Source: an uncultured Chloroflexia bacterium
GTDB taxonomy: Bacteria; Chloroflexota; Limnocylindria; Limnocylindrales; CSP1-4
Direction: 5' to 3'
Length of the DNA stretch: 64,000 nt
Assembly: GCA_963833535.1 (NCBI GenBank)
Contig: CAWHYC010000008.1
Span: 265,738-329,737 of the forward strand
Shown here in pieces: positions 16,553 to 25,600 of this stretch. Made by a program: the position numbers and the translations under genes. Under the pieces are notes generated by a model. That model was given only the letters and a program-made list of their open reading frames with translations, did no database searches and was not told where the DNA came from. Within the stretch, counting starts at the first letter, position 1; each line of letters starts with the position of its first letter.

Positions 16553-17935
16553 TCAGACCGCGCGCAGACGCGCCTCCGATGGCCAGGTCCAGTCGATGGG
16601 CAACGCTGCGCCGGCGAGCGCGCGGCGACGACCCTGGTCGGTCGGTGACATGACCAGCAGTCGGTCGGTCTTGGTCGTCCGGCCCGCCTCCGTGCCCCAG
16701 ATCTTGGTCATCTTTCGCTGGGCCGCGATGTCGTCGAGCGCGATGCCCGCCAATCGGTAGCCCTCGGGCGCGGCGGCGCGTTCCCAGACCGTCTCGGCCA
16801 GCCCGACGCCCCCGTGCATCGCCCGCCCACGGTCGAGCTCGACGTCGCCGATGACCATGACCACGACCGCATCATCGGTCAGGGCGCCGCGCAGGTCGGC
16901 CAGGGTCTGGCGCAGGAAGACGAGATAGGCGTCGAGGTGATGTGCGTCGTCGAGGCTGCGATCGACGGCCTCTGGATCGACGCCCATGAACCACAGGCGC
17001 AACCAGTTGTAGTAGCCGTACTTGACGACCCGCAGGTACGGCGGGCTGGTCACCACCAGGCGAGCCCGATCGGGCAGGGCTCGCTGCCGGAGGGCATGTC
17101 GGGCGCGCGTGCCGGCGTCGCGGGCGTCGCCCAGCAGTGCGATGCCTCGCTGGGCAGGCAGGCCCTGGCGCAGCAGCCGACGGAGCTTGGCGTCGAGGCA
17201 GGCGAAGGCGTCGCGCTCAGCCGCCACGAAACCCGTCCGAGCCACGAAGTCGCGGACATAGCGCGGCGCCATGCTGAAGGTATTCGGCATGATGTCCGAG
17301 AGGTAGGTCGGACTGCGCCCGTGCAGGATGCCGATCATCGCCCCGATCAGGAACCGGTCGGTCGGATCGTCGGCACGGAGCGTAGCGCGCAGGAAGAGCA
17401 CCTGGGCCAGGGTGCGCGGATGGAAGGCCAGGGCGACTTCCGTCGGCATCGACGCCGACTCCGGGACGCCTCCAGCTCCGGGCACCGGGACATCGGCCGA
17501 GCCGACACGCTCGATGGCCGTGGCGGCGAGCTGCGTCCAGCGCGCTGCTGCCAGCGAATACTCGACGCGGAGCAGGTTCATCCGCGTCGTCAAGGCTGGC
17601 CGAGATGGCGGGTCGAGCTTGGCAGCGGTCAGCAGGTAGGCCATCGGATTGAGGTCGTTGCCGACGCCCACGCGGCCCTCGGCACAGGCCTGGAGCGGCG
17701 TCGTCCCGCGGCCGCTGAACGGGTCGAGGACGACATCACCTGGCCGGCTGTAGCGCGCGATGAAGGCATGCGCCAACGCTGCCGGGAACATCGCGAGGTA
17801 GCTGCACATGGGGTGGAAGGCGTGGCCCCAGAGCCGCTGCTGCACCTTCCACTCCGGCTCGATGTCGAGGCGCGGCAGCGTCGGCAGGAGGCCGGCCTCG
17901 AGCTGGCCGGGGGCGATCCGTTGCGGGGCGGCCAC
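16553..17935 (-). CDS. DNA methyltransferase (N4-C/N6-A type, motif order I then IV)
   Basis: AdoMet motif I is VVLDPFSGRGTTPLQA (nt 17699-17725). Catalytic motif IV is VVTSPPY (SPPY = nt 17036-17047), about 220 aa downstream. GTG start. Confidence 0.8.
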   Translation of the reverse strand: MAAPQRIAPGQLEAGLLPTLPRLDIEPEWKVQQRLWGHAFHPMCSYLAMFPAALAHAFIARYSRPGDVVLDPFSGRGTTPLQACAEGRVGVGNDLNPMAYLLTAAKLDPPSRPALTTRMNLLRVEYSLAAARWTQLAATAIERVGSADVPVPGAGGVPESASMPTEVALAFHPRTLAQVLFLRATLRADDPTDRFLIGAMIGILHGRSPTYLSDIMPNTFSMAPRYVRDFVARTGFVAAERDAFACLDAKLRRLLRQGLPAQRGIALLGDARDAGTRARHALRQRALPDRARLVVTSPPYLRVVKYGYYNWLRLWFMGVDPEAVDRSLDDAHHLDAYLVFLRQTLADLRGALTDDAVVVMVIGDVELDRGRAMHGGVGLAETVWERAAAPEGYRLAGIALDDIAAQRKMTKIWGTEAGRTTKTDRLLVMSPTDQGRRRALAGAALPIDWTWPSEARLRAV

Positions 17936-18090
17936 GGGCGGCTGAGTGACCTCGTGCTAGCTGCGCGACGATGGGCTGACGGCGAAAGGGCGGCGAGGAT
18001 AGCACGCCCGTTCGAGCGGTCGTCAAGGGCCCGCCTGGCCAGGATGGCCCCTGGTCGGCGCCGCGACCGTGGCCCTTGGTCACTCCGGGA

Positions 18091-19146
18091 TCAGGGCAGC
18101 CTGACCACCTGTGCCCCTCCGGGCACGAGCGCGTTGATGATCGCGTAAGTCGCCGCACCCTTCTCGGCGACCGCGATCGGCATCGACAGCCCGCCGGCCA
18201 GGACCGAGCACGTGCCCGTCGAGAGTTCGCAACGGTCGACCGTGCCGCCTTCGCCCGGGAAGCCGAGCTCGAGCGGGAGGAACCCACCCTCATCGAGCTC
18301 GACCACGTCGAGCTTGCCGCTGGGCGTGAACGCCAGGTCGACGATGGAGGTGAAGCCGTCGGCGACGACCGTGCAGCGCGGGTCGCTGCCGCAATGTGCA
18401 TGGCGAGTGCCGCGCTCGATGCGCCAGATCTTGGAAAGGCCCGGTCCGGCCGGGAAGCCCTTCAGCTCACCCATGTAATAAGCGCCGTCCGGCCCGATGG
18501 CGACGCTGGTAGCGACCGCCTGCGCTGGCCACAGCTCTGGGAGATCACAGACGAACGCGAACTCGTCCGAGAGCGGCTCGGGGCAGCCGGCGAAGGCCTT
18601 GATCCAGTCGGTCGGGACATCCTCGTCGGGGAGGGTCGCGACCCAGTCAAGACGCCCCTTGCGGGTCGAGATCACGAGGGCGTTGGCTGCTGCATCTGCG
18701 ATGAGCGCCTTGCCGCCGGTCAGGCGTGCGACGTCGAACGGATTCGAGTCGATCGCCCCGCCGTCGGGGTTGACGCTGGCTTCGAAGGCGGCCAGGTCGC
18801 CCCACACGGCCTTCCGGCCGTGCGAGATGCGGTAGAGCTTGCCATCACTCGGCTCGGGGCCGCCGCCCGTCACGGCATACATCGAGCTGAGCCCGATCGG
18901 GGCGACATCGGTCACGTTGGGGAGGGTGGCCAGCAGGCGCCCGCCGCCTTTGCGAAGGACCACGACGCCGGCACCGGCATCCGCCACCACGAGACCGCCG
19001 GCCGGGGCCGTGGCCAGCCCGAAGAGGGGCCCAGTGAAGGTGTATGCCGGCGGCTCCTCAGCCGAGGCCGTCAGCGGTGCTGCAAGCAACGCTCCTGCGG
19101 CGAGGATCAAGCGCGCGATATGTGGCAGGATCGGGCGTCGGGACAT
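18091..19146 (-). CDS. Secreted beta-propeller-like protein (ScyD/ScyE-family-like)
   Basis: Start chosen at the ATG 19144-19146, giving signal peptide MSRRPILPHIARLILAAGALLAAPLTASA. Repetitive Gly/Asp-rich strand pattern. The family name is from memory. The ORF-track N-terminal extension looks non-coding. Confidence 0.6.
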   Translation of the reverse strand: MSRRPILPHIARLILAAGALLAAPLTASAEEPPAYTFTGPLFGLATAPAGGLVVADAGAGVVVLRKGGGRLLATLPNVTDVAPIGLSSMYAVTGGGPEPSDGKLYRISHGRKAVWGDLAAFEASVNPDGGAIDSNPFDVARLTGGKALIADAAANALVISTRKGRLDWVATLPDEDVPTDWIKAFAGCPEPLSDEFAFVCDLPELWPAQAVATSVAIGPDGAYYMGELKGFPAGPGLSKIWRIERGTRHAHCGSDPRCTVVADGFTSIVDLAFTPSGKLDVVELDEGGFLPLELGFPGEGGTVDRCELSTGTCSVLAGGLSMPIAVAEKGAATYAIINALVPGGAQVVRLP

Positions 19147-19399
19147 GCGGTGACCTCCTCCGGCGCGCAAGGGCGCCGATGCCTCCCCGTTGTAGGCGCG
19201 CACCACGGCATCGGTCAAGGGCAGAGGGTGCGCCAACGCGACAAGTCGGTGCGTGCTGGCACCACGCGCATCCGGGCACGAACCGCGGGTGATCGCATCG
19301 GGATCCACTCCTTACCGTGGCGTTGGCGCGACGCGCACCTCTGCGCCAACGCTGGCGGCTCTGGGACGCCCGAACGGGTGATCCTGTCACCGCCGCGGG

Positions 19400-19405
19400 T
19401 AGACT
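19400..19405 (+). promoter_or_regulatory. -10-like TAGACT box, 8 nt upstream of the mature 5' end of tRNA-Arg
   Basis: It is part of GCGGGTAGACTTG. The same box recurs at 19530-19535, 13147-13152, 13315-13320 and 45373-45378. Confidence 0.5.
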
Positions 19406-19413
19406 TGCCCGCG

Positions 19414-19489
19414 GTCCCCGTAGCTCAGTGGACAGAGCAGCCGCCTTCTAAGCGGAAGGTCGCAGGTTCGAATCCTGCCGGGGGCGCCA
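19414..19489 (+). tRNA. tRNA-Arg (anticodon UCU)
   Basis: Hand-folded cloverleaf. Acceptor stem GTCCCCG/CGGGGGC. D arm GCTC-AGTGGACA-GAGC. Anticodon loop CTTCTAA. T arm GCAGG-TTCGAAT-CCTGC. CCA is encoded. Confidence 0.9.
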
Positions 19490-19568
19490 CTTGCCCACCA
19501 AGACTTCGGGGTGCGAGGGGCTGGCGGGGTAGACTTGGCGGTCCCACGACACACGATTGGAGCCCACC

Positions 19569-20177
19569 ATGATGCGACCACTCATCCGACTGCTGGGGCT
19601 GGCCTTCCTGGCCGGCCTGATCATCCCGCCCATCGCTGCGCTGGTGACCAAGTACCGGCTCGGCGACCAGGGACGCGGGACGTTCCTACCGGAGGCCAAC
19701 GACCTCGACACAGCGCTCATCTTCGACGGCGGCGAGTACACCAGCACCGCACCCTCGTTCACCGGCGGCGAGCTGCTGACCTGGTACGGCGGCGGCCGAC
19801 TGGACCTGCGCGGCGCGACGCTCGCAGCCGATGGAGCCGACCTGCGGATCCGTGCCATCTTCGGCGGCGTGCAGATCATCGTGCCGCCTACCTGGCGCAT
19901 CGAGTCCGAGTCGACCTCCATCTTCGGAGGCGTCGCGGACCAGACCGACGCCCCGGAAGATCTCGCGGCCCCGGTGCTTCGGATCAACACGATGGCCGTC
20001 TTCGGCGGCGTCGCCATCTCGAACGAAGCCGGTGAGTCGATGTTCGACGGCGACCTCGGCGAGATCGTCCGGAGCGCGACCGACGCCGCTCGTGAGGCTG
20101 TCGACGGAGCCACGGCGGACGCCAAGGCGGCCACCTCCGAGGCGATCGAGGCCGCGACCGCGGACCGGGCCAGCTGA
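19569..20177 (+). CDS. Membrane protein with a LiaF-like (DUF2154-like) C-terminal domain
   Basis: ATG at 19569 is preceded by GGAG (19559-19562). N-terminal TM segment LIRLLGLAFLAGLIIPPIAALV. Repeated FGGV strand motifs (IFGGVQIIVP, SIFGGVADQ, AVFGGVAISN). Confidence 0.65.
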   Translation: MMRPLIRLLGLAFLAGLIIPPIAALVTKYRLGDQGRGTFLPEANDLDTALIFDGGEYTSTAPSFTGGELLTWYGGGRLDLRGATLAADGADLRIRAIFGGVQIIVPPTWRIESESTSIFGGVADQTDAPEDLAAPVLRINTMAVFGGVAISNEAGESMFDGDLGEIVRSATDAAREAVDGATADAKAATSEAIEAATADRAS

Positions 20178-20212
20178 ACGACGGTGCCCGCTCGCCGGCT
20201 GGAGACACGTCG

Positions 20213-20722
20213 GTGGAGCCGCTCCGGGGGCGGCGCGTCATCCTGCGCCCGCTGGTCGAGGCCGACCGCATAGAGATCGGGCGCATCCTTGACGATCCGA
20301 GCGTCGTGCGCTGGTGGGGCCCCGGCGACGTCGCCCTCCGCCTCGCGGAGTGGTTCGACGATGAAGACGAGACCGAGCGCTTCGCGATCGAGCTCGACGG
20401 GCAGGTCGTGGGCACGGTCCAGTTCCACGAGGAGAACGAGCCCGACTACCGGCACGCCGGGCTGGACATCTTCCTCGACGGCTCACACCAGGGGCAGGGC
20501 ATCGGTGTCGACGCGCTGCGCACGCTGGCGCGCTACCTCGTCGACGTTCGCGGCCACCATCGCCTGACCATCGATCCATCCGCCGCGAACGAGCACGCCA
20601 TCCGCGCCTATGCCCGCGTCGGCTTTCGTCCCGTCGGCGTCATGCGACGCTACGAACGCGGCTCGGACGGCACGTTCCATGACGGCCTGCTGATGGATCT
20701 CCTCGCCGACGAGCTGACCTGA
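20213..20722 (+). CDS. GNAT family N-acetyltransferase (layout resembles AAC(6')-Ib-type proteins; function not asserted)
   Basis: VVRWWGPGD, GLDIFL...HQGQGIGVDALR and TIDPSAANEHAIRAYARVGF. GTG start. Confidence 0.8.
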   Translation: MEPLRGRRVILRPLVEADRIEIGRILDDPSVVRWWGPGDVALRLAEWFDDEDETERFAIELDGQVVGTVQFHEENEPDYRHAGLDIFLDGSHQGQGIGVDALRTLARYLVDVRGHHRLTIDPSAANEHAIRAYARVGFRPVGVMRRYERGSDGTFHDGLLMDLLADELT

Positions 20723-20909
20723 TCGGAAACGGCCGAGGGACCGATCAACGATCGCGACACCCCCATCGCGGATGGAACCATCGGGGGTCCGGGGCGGTCG
20801 GACGAAAGTACGGCTTGGACCGCTCCCCTCGTCAGCCCACCATGCACCACGTGAGTCGGGCGGACTACACCGCTCCCGCACAGTCAGCAACGCGAGGACG
20901 ATCGAACCA

Positions 20910-21104
20910 ATGGCCTCAATGGCGATCCAGGACATCGGGCCGATGCTCACCGCATCGGAGGTGGCCGATCTGCTGCACCTCCACGTCAACACCGTGAAGC
21001 GTCTCGGCGATCGCGGCGAGCTGCCCTTCTACCGCGTCTGCAAGCGCGGCGATCGTCGGTTCCGCTACGACGACGTCCTGGCCTTCCTGCAGCGGAACAA
21101 GTAG
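20910..21104 (+). CDS. Small excisionase-family / BldC-like helix-turn-helix DNA-binding protein
   Basis: 64 aa. MLTASEVADLLHLHVNTVKRLGDRGELPFYRV..RRFRYDDVLAFL matches the MerR/Xis-like HTH_17 pattern. Confidence 0.75.
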   Translation: MASMAIQDIGPMLTASEVADLLHLHVNTVKRLGDRGELPFYRVCKRGDRRFRYDDVLAFLQRNK

Positions 21105-21185
21105 CCCCGACTCGACTGGGCCCGGAGCCCTCGCCCCAGATACCCGGGCTCGCACGCCCGTTGCCCAACTGAACACCGTCCACGT

Positions 21186-21219
21186 CAACGCCGCCGGATC
21201 CCTCCTCCCGGCGGCGTTG
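21186..21219 (+). terminator. Perfect 12-bp stem hairpin downstream of the HTH gene, within the amtB upstream region
   Basis: CAACGCCGCCGG (21186-21197) pairs with CCGGCGGCGTTG (21208-21219). The loop is ATCCCTCCTC and TCGTTG follows. Confidence 0.5.
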
Positions 21220-21359
21220 TCGTTGCGCTGCCGCACCCCGGTTCGCAACCGAAGCGCACCCTTCGCGATCCGCGATGCCAGCCGAACCACGACTCGACCC
21301 GACTTAGCGTCTGCCTGACGCGGCCCGCTCCTCCCGGGCCGCAGTGAGGAGGCGCATCG

Positions 21360-22586
21360 ATGAACGCTGGCGACACCGCCTGGCTGCTCATGGCGACGGC
21401 CCTGGTCATGGTCATGCTGCCGGGCCTGGCCCTCTTCTACGGCGGCCTCGTCCGTCGCAAGAACGTGCTCTCGACGATCATGCACAGCTTCTTCGGACTG
21501 GCCATCGTGAGCATCGTCTGGGTGGTCATCGGCTTCACCCTCGCCTTCGGCCCCAATGCCGGCCAGTTCGGTCTCATCGGCAACCTGGACTTCATCTTCT
21601 TCCAGAACGTCGGGCTCGACCCCAACCCCGACTACGCGGCTTCGATCCCCTTCGTCCTCTTCGCCTCGTTCCAGATGATGTTCGCGGCCATCACGCCGGC
21701 GCTCATCACGGGCGCCTTCGCCGAGCGCAAGCGTTTCGCGGCGTTCGTCGCCTTCACCGTTCTGTGGTCGATCCTCGTCTATGCCCCGCTGGCGCACTGG
21801 GTCTGGGCGCCGGGCGGCTGGCTGCGTGAGCTCGGGGCCCTCGACTACGCTGGCGGTACCGTCGTCCACATCAGCTCTGGTGTCTCGGCCTTCGTGGTCG
21901 CCTTGCTCATCGGCCGGCGTGTCGGCCATGGCCACGAGGGCATGGAGCCCCACGACGTGCCGATGACCGTCCTGGGAGCCGGCCTCCTGTGGTTCGGCTG
22001 GTTCGGCTTCAACGCCGGTTCCGCCCTGGCCGCCACCGGACAGGCGGCCAACGCGCTCCTCGTGACCAACACCGCCGCGGCCGCGGCGACGTTGACCTGG
22101 GTCCTCGCCAGCTGGCTGCACAAGCGCAAGGTGAGCGTGGTCGGTGCGGCGGCCGGCGCCGTGGCCGGCCTGGTCGCCATCACGCCGGCGTCGGGCTATG
22201 TGACCGCGGGCGGTGCCGTGGCCATCGGCCTCGTCGCCGGCGGGCTGTGCTACAGCGCGACGCTGCTGCGCGAGCGGGTCAGGATCGACGACGCGCTCGA
22301 CGTCTTCGCTGTCCATGGGGTGGGTGGCACCTGGGGGGCGCTGGCGACCGGCATCTTCGCGGTCGCCGCCATCGGCGGCGCGTCGGGCCTCATCGAGGGC
22401 AACCCCCAGCAGGTCGTCATCCAGCTCGTCGCCGTCCTGGCGACCTATGTCTTCGCCGCCACCGCCACCTTCGTCATCGTCAAGGTCATCGACGCCGTCG
22501 TCGGGCTGCGCGTCTCGCCGGCAGATGAGGCGCTCGGTCTCGATGTCACGACGCATGGCGAAGTCGCCTACGGCACCGGCACCTGA
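21360..22586 (+). CDS. amtB: Ammonium transporter
   Basis: RBS GAGGAGG (21346-21352). Motifs AAITPALITGAFAERKRF, GGTVVHISSG and FGWFGFNAGS. About 11 TM segments. Confidence 0.95.
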   Translation: MNAGDTAWLLMATALVMVMLPGLALFYGGLVRRKNVLSTIMHSFFGLAIVSIVWVVIGFTLAFGPNAGQFGLIGNLDFIFFQNVGLDPNPDYAASIPFVLFASFQMMFAAITPALITGAFAERKRFAAFVAFTVLWSILVYAPLAHWVWAPGGWLRELGALDYAGGTVVHISSGVSAFVVALLIGRRVGHGHEGMEPHDVPMTVLGAGLLWFGWFGFNAGSALAATGQAANALLVTNTAAAAATLTWVLASWLHKRKVSVVGAAAGAVAGLVAITPASGYVTAGGAVAIGLVAGGLCYSATLLRERVRIDDALDVFAVHGVGGTWGALATGIFAVAAIGGASGLIEGNPQQVVIQLVAVLATYVFAATATFVIVKVIDAVVGLRVSPADEALGLDVTTHGEVAYGTGT

Positions 22587-22604
22587 GGCGGGGAGACCGA
22601 TGAC

Positions 22605-25600
22605 ATGGCCCGCGACGAGGCCGGGCACCGACGACCCCGCCGCACCGAGCCGCCGCTCTATGACGCACGCTTCGAGCACGACGCCTGCGGTGTCGGGTTC
22701 GTCGCGGACGCCGGCGATGGTGCCCACGACGAGGTCCTGCCGCTTGCCCTGAAGGGCCTGGGCGCCCTCGGCCATCGGGGTGCCTTCGGGTCCGACGGTG
22801 CGTCGTCGGACGGCGCCGGCATCCTCCTGCCGCTAGAGCCGTCGGTCGTCGAGCTGATAACGGGCGGCGTGCGCCCCGCGCGAGGCGCCGCTCGTCCCGG
22901 TGTCTGCTCGTTGTTCCTGCCCCGTCGCGCGTCCGAGGCCCGCCTGGCGCGCGATGGCGTCCGGGCCGCCCTGGAGATCGAGGGGCTCCTGGCCCGAGCG
23001 TGGCGGCCGGTGCCCTTCGAGCCGGGCGTCCTCGGGCCGCAGGCCGCGGCGTCCAGGCCGATCGTCGAGCAGGTCCTCGTTCCGCGGCCTCGGGGCATGA
23101 GCGCGGCGGCATTCGAGCGCGGCCTGGTCCTCGCACGACGGCGGATGGAGCAGGCCGCTCGGTCGAACGGCCTCGACGGCTTCTCCGTCGCGTCTGCATC
23201 TGCTCGGACGGTCGTCTACAAGGGCCTGGTCGTGGGCACTCGGTTGGCCGAGCTGTACCCGGACCTGGCCGGGCCGCTAGCGGTCAGCCATGCCGTCTTC
23301 CACCAGCGCTACGCCACCAACACGATGCCCACCTGGCCGCTGGCGCAGCCGTTCCGGCTCCTGGCGCACAACGGCGAGATCAACACCGTACGTGGCAATC
23401 GCGAGCAGGTCCGAGGCCGGGCGGCTGACGCAGCCCGATCGGACGACGCGCGGCGCCTCCAAGCTGCTGGGCCGCTGCTCTCGCCGGGCGTCTCCGACTC
23501 CGCATCGCTCGATGAGGCCGTCGAGCTGCTCGTCCAGACCGGTTGGACTCTGGAGGCGGCGCTCCGGGCGCTGATGCCCGACGTGCAGGCGCTCCGACGC
23601 GGCCCGAGCGGGAGTGGCGATCCGACCGCCGACGACCGCGGCCACCTCCTCGCACCATGGGACGGCCCGGCGGCCATCGTCTTCAGCGACGGCCGACGCG
23701 TCGGCGCCATCCTCGATCGCAACGGCCTCCGACCGCTGGCCTATGCCATCACCGATCGGCGGCTCGTCGTCGCGGCCTCCGAGGCAGGTGCCTTCGATCT
23801 GCCCGCTGCGAGCACGATCCGGCGCGGGCGCCTGGGCCCCGGCGAGATGCTCGTCGTCGAGCCCGCTGCCGGACTGGTCGATCTGCCAGCCGAGGCCGAA
23901 GCCCCACATCCCGTCGATCACCCGATGCGAGGTTCTCGGTCGGAGGCGTGTCGACCGTTCGTGGATCTGCCCATGGCCCGACCGCCCACGACTCCGATGG
24001 ATGCGGACCATCGGTTCCTGGCCGGGCTCGACGCCGAGCGGTTCCGGCTCGACGTCCGGACCATGGTCGTCGACGGCCACGAGCCACTGTGGAGCATGGG
24101 TGACGACACGCCGACGCCGGCGTTGGCCCGCACCGACAGACCGGTCACCGATCACCTTCGCCAGGCCTTCGCACAGGTCACCAACCCGCCCATCGATGCC
24201 GAGCGCGAGCGCGCGGTCGTCGACTGCCGGGTCGAGCTCGGGCCGCGCGGATCGATCTTCGGCGGGTCTGGCGCCGCTGCAGGGGCCGGGACGCTTCGGC
24301 TCGATCGGCCGTTCGTGGCCGACCTCGCGGGGTTGCTGCAGGCCGCACCGATGCGAACCCGCCGCCTGGACGCGACCTGGCCCGGCGCCGCAGGCGACTC
24401 CGGTCTGGAGGCGGCGTTGGAGCGCCTGGCGGCACGAGCCCTGGCCGCCGCTCGACGCGGCATCGGGCTGCTGGTCATCTCGGACGGCACCTTCACCCTC
24501 GATCGCCTGCCCATCCCGTCCGTGCTGGCGGTCGGCGCTGTCCACGCAGCGCTGACCGCGGCCGGGCTGCGGGGTCGCTGCGATCTCCTGGTCGATGCTG
24601 CCGACATCCTGGACGTCCATGCCGCGGCGATGGCGATCGCGGCCGGCGCGGGCGCCGTCCACCCGCGCCTGGCCATCGAGCTCGCCGCCGAGCTGGCCGG
24701 GTCGCGCGGCCTCGAGGAGCTGAGCGCCGAGGCCGCCGCCGCCCGGCTCATCGAGGCGTTCGAGGCCGGCCTGCGAAAGACGCTCGCCCGGATGGGCATC
24801 TCGACCGTCGCCTCGTACGTCGGGGGGGTCCAGTTCGAGACGCTCGAGCTGTCCGAGGCCGTCGTCGCGCTTTGCTTCCCGGCGGCCGCGGGGTGGCCAG
24901 GCGGCCTGGGCTTCGCCGACCTTGCCGCGCGTCAGCTGCGGCGTGCAGACGCCGCCCGCCTGGTGCCGCCCGAGACACCGCCCGGGCGACTCATCGACCC
25001 CGGACGAGCGCGCTTCCGCGCCGACGGCGAGCTGCACCGCTACGCGCCGGCGATGGTCCAGGTGCTGCAGGGCATCGCCGCCGACGATCAAGGACATCAG
25101 CCGGGGCGAGATCCGTGGCCGCTGCGCCACCGAGGTACCGACCCGCGAGCGCTGCGCTGGCTGGACACCCGTGACGCCTCAGTCCTGCGCGACGCGTTCG
25201 TCTATCGCCGCCGCCGGCAGGTCCCCCTGGTCGAGGTCGAGCCCGCGCGGGCCATCAGCGCTCGCTTCGCCGCCGCCGCCATGAGCGTCGGCGCGCTCTC
25301 GCCCGAGGCACACCAGGCGGTGACGATCGGCATGCAGCGCGCCGGCGGCGCAGCGAATACCGGCGAGGGTGGGGAGGATCCGGCCTGGTACGCGCCGGGA
25401 CCGACAGGAGAGCGTCGCGACGCGAGGATCAAACAGGTCGCCTCGGCCCGCTTCGGCGTGACCACCGCCTACCTCGTTCGCGCGGAGCAGCTCGAGATCA
25501 AGATCGCCCAGGGCTCGAAACCCGGAGAAGGCGGTCATCTGCCCGGCCGCAAGGCCACCGCCTACATCGCGGCCCTCCGCCGAGGCCAGGCGGGCATGGC

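Noticed and set aside
16553-19146. A restriction endonuclease partner for the methyltransferase.
   Set aside because: Neither flanking gene shows PD-(D/E)xK, HNH or other nuclease signatures that I can recognise. The downstream 351-aa protein has a signal peptide and a propeller-like repeat pattern.
19414-21104. A possible integrated element at tRNA-Arg, suggested by the direct repeat near the tRNA and an excisionase-family HTH gene 1.4 kb downstream.
   Set aside because: No integrase, recombinase, phage or plasmid genes are present. The repeat duplicates the tRNA 5' side and promoter rather than a 3' att core. The small HTH protein fits chromosomal BldC-like regulators equally well.
20916-22775. 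A 619-aa minus-strand ORF covering amtB. Similar long antisense ORFs occur at 3733-4920, 5923-7950, 23277-25130, 25179-26783, 27602-29725, 30190-31614, 38638-40626, 46101-47882 and 51917-53395.
   Set aside because: All are Arg/Gly/Pro/Asp-rich low-complexity translations lying opposite genes with unmistakable family motifs. This is typical of open antisense frames in very GC-rich DNA.
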